The notes beneath the pieces were generated by a model. The model saw nothing but the letters and a program-made list of their open reading frames with translations. It was not told the DNA's origin and made no database searches. 64,000 nt of DNA from Candidatus Cloacimonadales bacterium (lineage in GTDB: Bacteria; Cloacimonadota; Cloacimonadia; Cloacimonadales; JAFGVF01). Numbering within the stretch: position 1 is the stretch's first letter; the number at the start of each line of letters is the position of its first letter. The translations under genes were made by a program, and so were the position numbers. This document shows positions 9,980-19,641 of the stretch, one piece after another. Location: positions 2,016,001 through 2,080,000 of the forward strand of contig OY759729.1 of NCBI GenBank assembly GCA_963662585.1. Direction: 5' to 3'.

Positions 9980-10123
9980 ATATCCTCCACTTTTTTCATT
10001 TATTCAAAACTTAAGTATGCTATTATTAGTGTCAAGTATAATTTTATTAAACTTCGAGTATAGTGAACAGGAGGCTTAAGTAAAACCAAACCCAGGCTAT
10101 TTATGAAGATCTGTCTTTAATAA

Positions 10124-10987
10124 CTATTTCTTTCTGTTAAAATGAAGTCCTAATTTCACCCCAAGATAGAAGTTTAAATCATCAAACTCACTTGTGTTAG
10201 CAATATCTTTTTCCACACCTAAGGCTAGAATAGGGTATAAAGTTCCCATATGCATACTCACATTTGTTTCTAATCCTACAACTTTAAATTCTTCTTCAAG
10301 GGGGATACCAGGAATAGTATTATCTCTTTTAGTATTTCCCAGGCTATAATAAAAGGCTACACTTGGAAAATTCCTTATGGCTGGATCAGATAAGAAACCA
10401 TAGATTAGAGCAGCTTTCATTTCAAGAATATTACCATCGTATTTATCTACAATACCCTCACTTGAAGTTGTGTAGTATTTTCCTTCAGCATATAATGAAA
10501 GTCGATGTGGGTTATCATAATTGGTTAGTAAGCGTTTTAAACCTAACTGAATTCCGAATAAAGAGGTATAGGAATTATTGCTACTATTTGAATTACTTGA
10601 TGTCCCTGAATAACCATTTTCGATTGACCCGGTGAGAAATCCTAACTTAGCTTCTGTAGAATTATCAAATCCGTATCTAAGGTTAAATCCATAAGATCTA
10701 AGGGACTCTTTAACTATTTTTCCAGAGATATAGTGTTCATTATCTGGTGCATCTTCACCGTAATATATAATAAAAGTTTCATTAATTTTATTAATTGAAA
10801 TTGCTTCATCATTAAAGAATTCTATAGTGTAACTAGCTTCATCTATAGGCATCGAATTTTCTCCCAGTCCAACAGTCCTCAACATTGAACTAGTTACCGA
10901 GATATTTCTCTTTGAAACAGTGCTACAACCAGTGAATAAACTACTACTTAAAATAGTTATAAAAAGAATAAAAGTAAGTTTTCTCAT
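10124..10987 (-). CDS. Hypothetical lipoprotein, paralog 4 of tandem array
   Basis: LFTGC lipobox; shares RTVGLGE..MP, KRLLT.YDNPHRLSLY and RNFPS with its neighbours; AGGGAG RBS supports start 10987. Confidence 0.8.
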   Translation of the reverse strand: MRKLTFILFITILSSSLFTGCSTVSKRNISVTSSMLRTVGLGENSMPIDEASYTIEFFNDEAISINKINETFIIYYGEDAPDNEHYISGKIVKESLRSYGFNLRYGFDNSTEAKLGFLTGSIENGYSGTSSNSNSSNNSYTSLFGIQLGLKRLLTNYDNPHRLSLYAEGKYYTTSSEGIVDKYDGNILEMKAALIYGFLSDPAIRNFPSVAFYYSLGNTKRDNTIPGIPLEEEFKVVGLETNVSMHMGTLYPILALGVEKDIANTSEFDDLNFYLGVKLGLHFNRKK

Positions 10988-11058
10988 GTCTGACTCCCTA
11001 TTAAGTAAAAAGTTCATTTTTTATTTGTTACTAATCAAGGTAATTTATTAATTGAACA

Positions 11059-11919
11059 TTACTTTTTTCTATTAAATAGAAAACCTAGCTTCACTCCAAA
11101 ATAGGTAATCTGTTCATCTGTTGCTTTATCTGCTATCTCTGTTTCTACACCAGTATATAGGTTAGCATACATAAGTCCAAAATCAACATTTAGGTTAACT
11201 TCAGCACCAATAGCTTGAGGCTGTCTTTTCTGAGGGATTATAGATATAGTCTCTTTTCTTTTAGTATTAGCTCTACTGTAATAGAGGGAGATACTAGGGA
11301 AATTTCTCTTGTCAGGATTAGGAAGAAATCCATAAATGATAGCCGATTTGAATTCTAGGCTATGAGCGTCATACTTTTTGACTGATTCCTCACTCTTAAA
11401 AGTAATGTACTTACCATCTAGGTATAAAGATAGTCTATGAGGATTATCATATTCTGTAAGTAGGCGTTTGATTCCCACTTGGGTACCTGTGAAGGAGGTA
11501 TTTAATTCTGATTTACCGTTAATAATATTATCATTTTCATCAACTGTAGGAGCCATATCATAACCATTTTCAATGCTTCCTCTAAAATATCCAACTTTTA
11601 CTTCGGTTGAATTATCAAATCCTAGTCTAGTATTAAATCCAAAATATCTACAATCATCATTCACAGTGGATCCAATAATTATCAAATCATTCTCGAGATT
11701 ATCCCAGTCATGAGAACTTATCTCAGTTATGACATCAACAGTGTTTGCTTGATCATTAAAGAATTCAACAGCCACAGCTCCCTGACCTATCGGCATAACA
11801 CTTTCACCTAGTCCAACTGTTCTTAGCACAGAACTACTAGCCATTTTCTCTACACTACATCCAGTAAATAGCACAATACTAAAAAATGTTATTAAAATTA
11901 AAAACTTATCTCTTTTCAT
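11059..11919 (-). CDS. Hypothetical lipoprotein, paralog 3 of tandem array
   Basis: LFTGC lipobox; same conserved blocks; GAGG RBS. Confidence 0.8.
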   Translation of the reverse strand: MKRDKFLILITFFSIVLFTGCSVEKMASSSVLRTVGLGESVMPIGQGAVAVEFFNDQANTVDVITEISSHDWDNLENDLIIIGSTVNDDCRYFGFNTRLGFDNSTEVKVGYFRGSIENGYDMAPTVDENDNIINGKSELNTSFTGTQVGIKRLLTEYDNPHRLSLYLDGKYITFKSEESVKKYDAHSLEFKSAIIYGFLPNPDKRNFPSISLYYSRANTKRKETISIIPQKRQPQAIGAEVNLNVDFGLMYANLYTGVETEIADKATDEQITYFGVKLGFLFNRKK

Positions 11920-11963
11920 GTTTACCTCATTTTTTTGTTATAAATATTATTAAAAATCTTTAG

Positions 11964-12830
11964 TTACTTGTCCGGTTTCTTAAAATGAACTCCGAATTTT
12001 ATTCCCCAAAAGGGTTTTATTTCATTGCTTGTTTTGTGTCCAATTTCTTTTTCTAATCCTGTAGATATGTTTGCATAGACCATACCATAGGCAAGATTTA
12101 GATTAACTTCACTCCCGATCGCCTGAGCTTGTTTTTTTGCATCGATGCCTTCAACACTATTTTGTCTTTTGGTATTGGCAATACTATGGTAAATTCCTAT
12201 GCTTGGGAAATTTCTAGAGGAAGTGTCTTTTAAATAGCCATAAATAAGAGCAGATTTGAATTCCAAGTTTTTCCCATCATATCTAGAAGCATATCCTTGA
12301 GTCTCCGTAATAATCTGTTTACCTTCTATATATAAAGAAACTTTATGGGGATTAGTATAATGAGTTAAGAGATGCTTTAAGCCAAGATGTAGTCCGTGAA
12401 ATTGAGTATAGCGTTCTTGATAGAGATCTAGTTGATTTCCTGATTCATCTATAATATCAAGGTGTCTTCCAATCTCAAAAATACTTCCTTGAAAAAGACC
12501 TAGTTTAATCTCGGTATAATTCCATAAACCAAATCTGCAGTTAATTCCGTAATATCTATCACGATTACTTACTTTCTCACTAGTAATATAATAGTTTTCG
12601 TAATCTTCTGGTCTATCCGTTATTCTATTTACAGAAATTATATCAATGCTCGTAGCTTTATCATTAAATATTTCAAAAGCAAATTCTTCATGTTCCAAGG
12701 GAAGAGCTGTTTCTCCTAAGCCAGAACTTCTAACCATGTAACTGCTTGATGCTGTGTCATTGTTAGCACACCCAGTGATGAGTAAGCTACTTAAAAGTGC
12801 TAAATAAAATAGACTAAGAAACTTATTCAT
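11964..12830 (-). CDS. Hypothetical lipoprotein, paralog 2 of tandem array
   Basis: LITGC lipobox; RSSGLGE..LP, KHLLTHYTNPHKVSLY, RNFPS; AGGAG RBS supports ATG 12830. Confidence 0.8.
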   Translation of the reverse strand: MNKFLSLFYLALLSSLLITGCANNDTASSSYMVRSSGLGETALPLEHEEFAFEIFNDKATSIDIISVNRITDRPEDYENYYITSEKVSNRDRYYGINCRFGLWNYTEIKLGLFQGSIFEIGRHLDIIDESGNQLDLYQERYTQFHGLHLGLKHLLTHYTNPHKVSLYIEGKQIITETQGYASRYDGKNLEFKSALIYGYLKDTSSRNFPSIGIYHSIANTKRQNSVEGIDAKKQAQAIGSEVNLNLAYGMVYANISTGLEKEIGHKTSNEIKPFWGIKFGVHFKKPDK

Positions 12831-12861
12831 ACTTTCTCCTTTTCTCAATTATTACAAATCC

Positions 12862-12891
12862 AATATAGCAGTCTATTAATTAAATTGTCAA
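12862..12891 (-). promoter_or_regulatory. Putative sigma70 promoter for paralog 2
   Basis: Minus strand TTGACA-N18-TATATT with extended -10 TG. Confidence 0.45.
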
Positions 12892-13043
12892 GATAAAGCT
12901 AATAAATTCGTATTCTTTGTAAGTGATATACATTCCTAACAGTATGAATTACAATAATCAGACATGAAATACAAAATGATATTTGATTGGGTATTTAGTA
13001 ATATTGGTTTTAACTAAAAACTCTTCTTAGCAGAAGAGGAGCT

Positions 13044-13907
13044 TTACTTGTTTCGATTAACATTGAAGCCATATTTTACTCCAAAATAGACCTTGAGTCC
13101 TTTAGCAGCATTAGCACTAATTTCTTTCTCAAGTCCTGTAAAAAGGAGTATAGATACAAGTCTAGCATCAATATTATAATTTGTTTCTAAGCCAAGAGCT
13201 TGAATCTGATTTTTTAATGGAATATTGGAATATGTTTGGTCTCTTCTAGTATTAGCTTGAGAGAAATATAGAGCAAGACTTGGAAAATGCCTTTTCTTTG
13301 GGTCTGCTAAGTAACCATAAATGAGAGAACTTTTAAACTCTGTAATGACAGCATCATATTTTGATGCTATATCTTTACTGTGTGTTGTAAAGTACTTTCC
13401 TTCACCATATAATGAAAGTCTATGTGGGTTGTCATAATCTGTTAGTAATCTCTTAATGCTTAGCTGTTGTCCCCATACAGTAGTATAATAATTCCGCCTG
13501 GTGTCATTCCTATAATTCATTCTATAGCCATTCTTGGCAAAGGCAAAGAAAGCTCCAATTTTAATCTCTGTTAAATTATTAATTCCGTATCTAGCATTAA
13601 CTCCAAAATATCTGTGATTGATATCTAGTTTCTTTCCGCTTATTTCATGAACATCTTCAGGATCATCTTCTCCATAATAGTTAATATATCTTTCTTTGAT
13701 TTTATCAATAGAAATTGCTTGATCATTGAATAACTCAATAACCAAATTAGCTTTGTCTATAGGCATGGAATTTTCTCCAAGACCAACAGTTCTTAATATA
13801 GTACTGCTTAGCAATTTTTCTATTTTGGGTATCCCTACATAATCACAGCCAGTCAATACTGTAATCATTAAGATAATTAATAAAGTATGAAATAGTGATT
13901 TTTTCAT
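13044..13907 (-). CDS. Hypothetical lipoprotein, paralog 1 of tandem array
   Basis: VLTGC lipobox; RTVGLGENSMP, KRLLTDYDNPHRLSLY, RHFPS. Confidence 0.8.
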   Translation of the reverse strand: MKKSLFHTLLIILMITVLTGCDYVGIPKIEKLLSSTILRTVGLGENSMPIDKANLVIELFNDQAISIDKIKERYINYYGEDDPEDVHEISGKKLDINHRYFGVNARYGINNLTEIKIGAFFAFAKNGYRMNYRNDTRRNYYTTVWGQQLSIKRLLTDYDNPHRLSLYGEGKYFTTHSKDIASKYDAVITEFKSSLIYGYLADPKKRHFPSLALYFSQANTRRDQTYSNIPLKNQIQALGLETNYNIDARLVSILLFTGLEKEISANAAKGLKVYFGVKYGFNVNRNK

Positions 13908-14096
13908 TTTTTCCCCTTACCTAGATAATTCATTGCTAACTTGCAATATTTTAATCATTTGTCAAGCAATATAAATATGGCTAGTATTTTTTTCACTTCT
14001 TTTTTACTTCTAAATTCTCTACTCTTCTACTATACTATAGGTCCCACTTTTTGTGGAAATGGTCCACTTTCTTGATTTTTTATAATAAATCTTCAG

Positions 14097-14122
14097 CCTT
14101 ATAGAATATATATTCTATAAGG
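14097..14122. repeat. Perfect 26-bp palindrome
   Basis: CCTTATAGAATAT|ATATTCTATAAGG. Confidence 0.7.
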
Positions 14123-14201
14123 GCGATTAGTAATGTTAGTTTTGTTTAACAAAATTATATTGTTTATATTTTACTGCTTTTTCTTTCTACATTCTATAGT
14201 C

Positions 14202-14275
14202 TTCCCTTGCTCCATCACTGTCATCTCAAATAAAAATCAAATATTATTTGAGATGACAGTCACAGAGCAAGGGAA
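14202..14275. repeat. Long hairpin of a dispersed TTGCTCC...GAGCAAGGG family
   Basis: TTCCCTTGCTC..ACTGTCATCTCAAATAA / TTATTTGAGATGACAGT..GAGCAAGGGAA. Confidence 0.7.
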
Positions 14276-14703
14276 ATGGAGAGAATTTCAAGTGTATGAT
14301 AATCCCTCTTCTGCCGGATTGCATGCACACTTGCATGCGAAAAACCTTATAAAAATCTAAAGTTATCTTATTGTCTAATGTTGAAGCAGATACGCTTCCA
14401 CTCCATAGAAGAAAAACACCCCTGTGTCCCCTCACGGAGGAGGATTTAAAAACACCCCGTCTGCTTCGCAGCCACCCCTCTTTTATCGTGCTTTCAGCAC
14501 TAAAGAGTGGAATTTAAGATTCACGGACTAAATGTGAATATTATTCTTAAAATGAGCCACCAGTCTCATTAAGTTGAGCCATTAGAATCATGAAATAGAG
14601 CCATCTAATCTCATAAAATTGAGCCATCTTGTTAAATTAGTTTTTATTGTTATCATAACGTTATGTGTCAAAAGGCATAAATAACGATATGGAGGTCAGA
14701 AAA

Positions 14704-16248
14704 ATGACCAATTACAAAGAAATCTTGCGTTTATCTGCGCAAGGTATTAGTCAACGCGATATAGCTGTCAGTTTATCGCATTCTCGAAATACGATAGCTA
14801 AAGTACTTCAAGCAGCAGAACAACATGATGTAAAATGGCCTATTCCAGAAGAACTCAGCAATTTAGAGATCAAAAAAAGGTTATTCCCAGTAGAAGACCT
14901 TAGGGAAGAAAGACGCACGCCTGATTTTGATTATATTCACAAACAACTCAGCAAAAGTGGTGTAACATTATTGTTATTATGGTATGAGTATTGCGAGACA
15001 TGTAGTCTTAATAAAACCATACCTTTTCATTATACTCATTTTTGCAGACTCTACAAACAATATGCTCATAAAACTAGAGCAACAATGAGAATACATCATA
15101 AACCAGCTGAGAAACTTGAAGTTGATTGGTCAGGTCAACCTGCTTATCTTACGAACAATATTGATAGAACCCCTATAAAGGTATATATTTTTGTGGCAGT
15201 ACTTCCTTATAGTGGTTATACATATGTTGAGACTTTCTTAAATATGAAGATGCAAAATTGGATACAAGCTCATATAAACTGCTATGAATATATGGGTGGT
15301 GTAGCGAGGATTTTAGTTCCGGATAATCTTAAAACAGGCGTAACGCAAGTATCCCGAACTGAAAGTGTAATCAATAAGACCTACAATGACTTGGCTAATC
15401 ATTATGGAACAGTAGTAATTCCAGCTAGAGTAAGACACCCTAAAGATAAAGCTAGTGCAGAAGGAGCAGTAGGAAAAATATCAACATGGATAATAGCAGC
15501 ATTAAGAAATAGGCAATTCTTTACTCTTAATGAGCTTAATAAGGCAATTAAGGAAAAACTTAAAGATTTCAATACTAAACCCTTTCAGATTAAAGATGGG
15601 AGTCGTGAAAGCATATTCTTACTTGAAGAGCAAAAACTATTACTTCCATTGCCTGCCGATGCCTATGAGATTTCTACATGGTTAACAGCTACTGTATCTT
15701 ATAACTATCATATTCAAGTAGATAAAAGATATTATTCAGTACCGTATGAATATATACATCAAAAAGTAGATGTTCGCATTACTAAGAGAATAATAGAGAT
15801 ATATAATCAAGGTGAGCGAATAGCACTTCACCAACGTCTTAATATGGAAGACAATCGTTATCAAACTAACTTTAATCATATGCCGGAAAACCACCAAGAA
15901 TACCACAAATGGGATGCAAATCGATTTATTAAATGGGGGCAAAGTATTGGACCCAGCACAGAAAAAACAATAATTTCAATATTTTCATCATGCAGTGTTG
16001 AACAACAAGGTTACCGAACTTGTATGGCAATATTAAACATAGAAAAGAAAACAGGAAAGGGGAAACTTGAAAATGCTTGCCAGCGAGCTCTTACTTATAC
16101 CCCGAATCCAAGTTTAAAGATACTAAAAACTATTATCAAGTCTGATGAAATGCGGATTGAAAATAATCAAGATAAAGATAAGAGATCTGAGTCAGAATAT
16201 GCTATAAAGCGTGAATCAGGTTATTACGGAGGAAATGAAAATGAATAA
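14704..16248 (+). CDS. istA: IS21 transposase IstA (DDE)
   Basis: N-terminal HTH, EVDWSG, LVPDNLKTGV, PKDKASAEGAV, YYSVPY; GGAGG RBS before ATG 14704. Confidence 0.93.
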   Translation: MTNYKEILRLSAQGISQRDIAVSLSHSRNTIAKVLQAAEQHDVKWPIPEELSNLEIKKRLFPVEDLREERRTPDFDYIHKQLSKSGVTLLLLWYEYCETCSLNKTIPFHYTHFCRLYKQYAHKTRATMRIHHKPAEKLEVDWSGQPAYLTNNIDRTPIKVYIFVAVLPYSGYTYVETFLNMKMQNWIQAHINCYEYMGGVARILVPDNLKTGVTQVSRTESVINKTYNDLANHYGTVVIPARVRHPKDKASAEGAVGKISTWIIAALRNRQFFTLNELNKAIKEKLKDFNTKPFQIKDGSRESIFLLEEQKLLLPLPADAYEISTWLTATVSYNYHIQVDKRYYSVPYEYIHQKVDVRITKRIIEIYNQGERIALHQRLNMEDNRYQTNFNHMPENHQEYHKWDANRFIKWGQSIGPSTEKTIISIFSSCSVEQQGYRTCMAILNIEKKTGKGKLENACQRALTYTPNPSLKILKTIIKSDEMRIENNQDKDKRSESEYAIKRESGYYGGNENE

Positions 16249-16993
16249 TAATACAATCACAAAACTTAGAGAAATGAGTTTAAATGGAATGGCAGATGCT
16301 ATTAGAGAACAGATAAACAACAGCAATTATGAAAAGTATAGTTTTAAAGAACGTTTAGGAATGATCGTTGATAGCGAATGGGATAAACGAAGAACTAATA
16401 AGATGATAAGATTACTCCATGATGCAAATTTCAAATTCATTAATGCAAATATAGCAGATGTAGATTATCATGAAGACCGAAATTTAGACAGAAGTCAGTT
16501 AATAGATTTATCGTCATGTTCTTATATACAGAGAAATGAGAATATAATCATAATGGGTGCTTCAGGAAGTGGTAAAACATGGTTATCATGTGCATTAGGG
16601 AATCATGCTTGTAGAAAATACTATAGTGTGCGCTATATTAGACTTCCAGAACTATTAGATGATTTTGCAGTTGCCCGTAGCGAAAACAGTCATCAACGGA
16701 TCATAAAGAAATATGCAACAGTAAATCTATTAATTATTGATGAATGGTTACTTACCAATATTAGTGAAGATGAATCAAAGTATCTTTTTGAGCTTGTAGA
16801 GAAAAGATATATGAAGGGATCTACGATTATGTGTTCTCAGTTTAGAATAGGAGGATGGCATGACAAGATCGGTCAAACAACTCTTGCAGATGCCATCCTA
16901 GATAGACTAGTGCACAATGCACACAGAATAATCATTGAAGGAAAAATGTCAATGAGAGAAAGACAAGGTCTAAAGCAAAATATCTCCAAATAA
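16241..16993 (+). CDS. istB: IS21 helper AAA+ ATPase IstB
   Basis: GASGSGKT Walker A, LLIIDEW Walker B, ADAILDRLVHNA; overlaps the end of istA. Confidence 0.94.
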   Translation: MNNNTITKLREMSLNGMADAIREQINNSNYEKYSFKERLGMIVDSEWDKRRTNKMIRLLHDANFKFINANIADVDYHEDRNLDRSQLIDLSSCSYIQRNENIIIMGASGSGKTWLSCALGNHACRKYYSVRYIRLPELLDDFAVARSENSHQRIIKKYATVNLLIIDEWLLTNISEDESKYLFELVEKRYMKGSTIMCSQFRIGGWHDKIGQTTLADAILDRLVHNAHRIIIEGKMSMRERQGLKQNISK

Positions 16994-17010
16994 TATATAA
17001 TCCCCCAATA

Positions 17011-17063
17011 AATCGGGCTGCTGCTCAGTTCGGACTACGTCCTCTCTTCGCAGCAGCCCGATT
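17011..17063 (+). other. GC-rich stem-loop in IS21 right arm
   Basis: 14-bp stem AATCGGGCTGCTGC/GCAGCAGCCCGATT enclosing inner hairpin GGAC-TAC-GTCC. Confidence 0.65.
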
Positions 17064-18031
17064 AAAATACACTTTCGTCAACTTCTTATTGATATAGAAT
17101 TTAATCTATTGGTATCTGAATAATTGCATGGCTCTGTTTGTGATAATAGGTGGATCAATTGTATAATATTAGTGGCTCAACATAATGAGACTGGTTGGCT
17201 CTCTGGAGGATATTATGCAAAATGTCCGTAACCCCAGTTAATCACTAAAGAGGGGAGTTTAAGAGTGTGGTAATCCCTCTTCTGCCGGATTGCATGCACC
17301 CTTGCATGCGAAAAACCTTATAAAAAATTTAATGTTATCTTATTATTGTCTAATGTGGAAGCAGAGACGCTTCCACTCCAAAGAAGAAAAACACCCCTGT
17401 GTCCCCTCGCGGAGGGGGATTTAAAAACACCCCCTATGTCCCCCTCACGGAGGGGGATTTAAAAACACCCCGTCTGCTTCGCAGCCACCCCTCTTTTATC
17501 GTGCTTTCAGCACTAAAGAGGGGAATTTAAGATTCACGGACTAAATGTCCGTAACCCCAGTTAATTGTAGAGGGGAGTTTAAGAGTGTGGTAATCCCTCT
17601 TCTGCCGGATTGCATGCACCCTTGCATGCGAAAAACCTTATAAAAAATCTAATGTTATCTTATTGTCTAATGTGGAAGCAGATACGCTTTCACTCCAAAG
17701 AAGAAAACACCCTATGTCCCCCTCACGGAGGAGGATTTAAAAACACCCCGTCTGCTTCGCAGCCACCCCTCTTTTATCGTGCTTTCAGCACTAAAGAGGG
17801 GAATTTAAGATTCACGGACTAAATGTCCGTAACCCCAGTTAATCACTAAAGAGGTCTGGTCATATTTTTATAGCTTTTCTTAAAACTCTGTGAAACTCCT
17901 CTTGGCCTCTGTGAAACTCTGTGTTAAGGGTTTTTTCAAGAAGGCGTAGGGCAATACGCCCCTACATTCGTGAAAATTCGTCTTAATTCGTGTTAATTAG
18001 TGTGAAGTTCTTATTAATTCTCAATTTCTTT

Positions 18032-18469
18032 CTATCCCATCTTTTTTTCTTCAAAAACTAGAAGAGTCTCGGTTTTGCTAATAAACTCAAAAGAGGTTAA
18101 GTTCTCAATGAGAAAATGCTGTAATTGTTTATTATCTTCCACATAGACTTTTAGCATATAATCGTATTGACCTGAAATATGGTATATCTCTGTTACTTCT
18201 CGGAGAGAGCTAACATGTTTAATAAACTTATCAATAATTGCTCTATTATGCCTTTCGAGGGCGATTTGAATAATTGCTGTGGTAGTATAGCCCATTTTGT
18301 TATAGTTAAGATTAGCAGAATAACTTGTGATGATTTCCTTTTCTTCTAACTTCTTGACTCTCTCCAAAGTAGAAGAGGGATTAAGGCCTATCAGTTCTGA
18401 AAGATTCTTATTACTAATCCGTCCTTCTTGTCGCAAAATATCAACAATCTTTTTATCTATATCATCCAT
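18032..18469 (-). CDS. Lrp/AsnC-family transcriptional regulator
   Basis: MDDIDKKIVDILRQEGRISNKNLSELIGL HTH; ISGQYDYMLKV effector domain. Confidence 0.93.
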   Translation of the reverse strand: MDDIDKKIVDILRQEGRISNKNLSELIGLNPSSTLERVKKLEEKEIITSYSANLNYNKMGYTTTAIIQIALERHNRAIIDKFIKHVSSLREVTEIYHISGQYDYMLKVYVEDNKQLQHFLIENLTSFEFISKTETLLVFEEKKMG

Positions 18470-18741
18470 ATTATTATTCCTTTTTCTAGTATTACTTTAG
18501 GTTTTTCTAACTCTTGCTATTTAATGAATAATCTCTGTTTTTTTCTTACTGAGAGAGATTAATTATTGTTTACACAATGATGCGGGGTAGAGTTCTGCTT
18601 TCCCCGTTATTAAGTGAGCTTAATTCTTTTTTTCGAATATAATTTGTCAAACTTTAAATTTTGTCAAATATAATTTGCTAAAAATTCGATATTATAATAT
18701 TTTGGCATCAGTTAGAATTTAAAATATAAAAGGAGTCATTT

Positions 18742-19293
18742 ATGATAGAAATCAGATGGCACGGACGGGGAGGACAAGGTGGTTTTACAGTCTCTCGTCT
18801 ATTAGGTATGGCAGCTTCTCTTTTCAATGGAAAGCATGCAATTGCTTTTCCTGCATTTGGACCTGAAAGAAGAGGTGCTCCAGTTTTAGCATTCACTAAG
18901 ATTGATGATTGTAAAATTGATGACCGTAGTGAAGTTGAATTTTGTGATTTCGTTGTTATAATGGATGAGACGCTAATTAATGCTTCTTTAACAAGAGGTT
19001 TAAAAGACGAATCAGTAATTATTATTAATACTCAAAATCCTGAAAAATATGGTGATTTTTTCCCTGCTCCTAATAGAATTTTCTATATTGATGCTACACA
19101 GATAGCCTTAGAAGTTCTTAAAAGACCAATTACAAATACTACTATGCTAGGAGCTTTAGTAAAGGTATCAGAAGTAACAGACTTGGATGCCTGTTATCAA
19201 AGTATAGATAAAGAGCTTAATGTAGCTATTGCTAGTAAAAATAAATTAGTAATTGAAAAAGCATATAATGAAGTAAAGGAGTATCAGAGATAA
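18742..19293 (+). CDS. porC: 2-oxoacid:ferredoxin oxidoreductase gamma subunit
   Basis: EIRWHGRGGQG, FGPERRGAPV, NTTMLGA. Confidence 0.92.
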   Translation: MIEIRWHGRGGQGGFTVSRLLGMAASLFNGKHAIAFPAFGPERRGAPVLAFTKIDDCKIDDRSEVEFCDFVVIMDETLINASLTRGLKDESVIIINTQNPEKYGDFFPAPNRIFYIDATQIALEVLKRPITNTTMLGALVKVSEVTDLDACYQSIDKELNVAIASKNKLVIEKAYNEVKEYQR

Positions 19294-19294
19294 T

Positions 19295-19633
19295 ATGAAA
19301 AAGACAAAAGATATGTTATCACAAGATGGTAATAGACCTGTTCAACAAGAATTCCCTAAAAGAAATCACATCTCTGAATATCCAACCGGACCTGGATTTA
19401 CTGCTGGGCATCTTGCTGAAATTAATGCTGGCTGGCGTGTCTTTAAGCCTGTCATAGATTTAGAAAAATGTATTGCTTGTTATAAATGTTATATGGTTTG
19501 CCCTGATGGAGTTATCTTCAAACAAGGTGAGAAAGAGGTAGCAGTAGATTATGATTACTGCAAAGGTTGTGGGGTTTGTGCTCACGAATGTCCTGTCAAA
19601 GCAATAACAATGATAAAAGATGAAAGGGATTAG
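19295..19633 (+). CDS. porD: 2-oxoacid:ferredoxin oxidoreductase delta subunit (2x[4Fe-4S])
   Basis: WRVFKPVID, CIACYKCYMVCP, CKGCGVCAHECP. Confidence 0.92.
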   Translation: MKKTKDMLSQDGNRPVQQEFPKRNHISEYPTGPGFTAGHLAEINAGWRVFKPVIDLEKCIACYKCYMVCPDGVIFKQGEKEVAVDYDYCKGCGVCAHECPVKAITMIKDERD

Positions 19634-19641
19634 GAGGCACA

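Larger units (their letters stand above)
14535..17219 (+). mobile_element. IS21-family insertion sequence (2685 bp)
   Basis: TG...CA ends; imperfect IRs sharing GAGCCA-CCAGTCTCATT; repeated GAGCCA boxes at ~22-bp spacing at both ends; 5-bp TSD AAATG (14530-14534, 17220-17224); istA-istB. Confidence 0.93.
14300..17992 (+). repeat. Composite repeat locus 1: three ~280-320 bp hairpin-mosaic units (first interrupted by IS21) plus ~140 bp tail
   Basis: Units start TAATCCCTCTTCTGCCGGATTGCATGC at 14300, 17271 and 17591; tail 17851-17992 includes GGCGTAGGGCAATACGCCCCTAC. Confidence 0.9.

Noticed and set aside
17271..17853. Tandem repeats as a CRISPR array
   Set aside because: Units are ~285 bp and near-identical throughout, with no unique spacers and no cas genes
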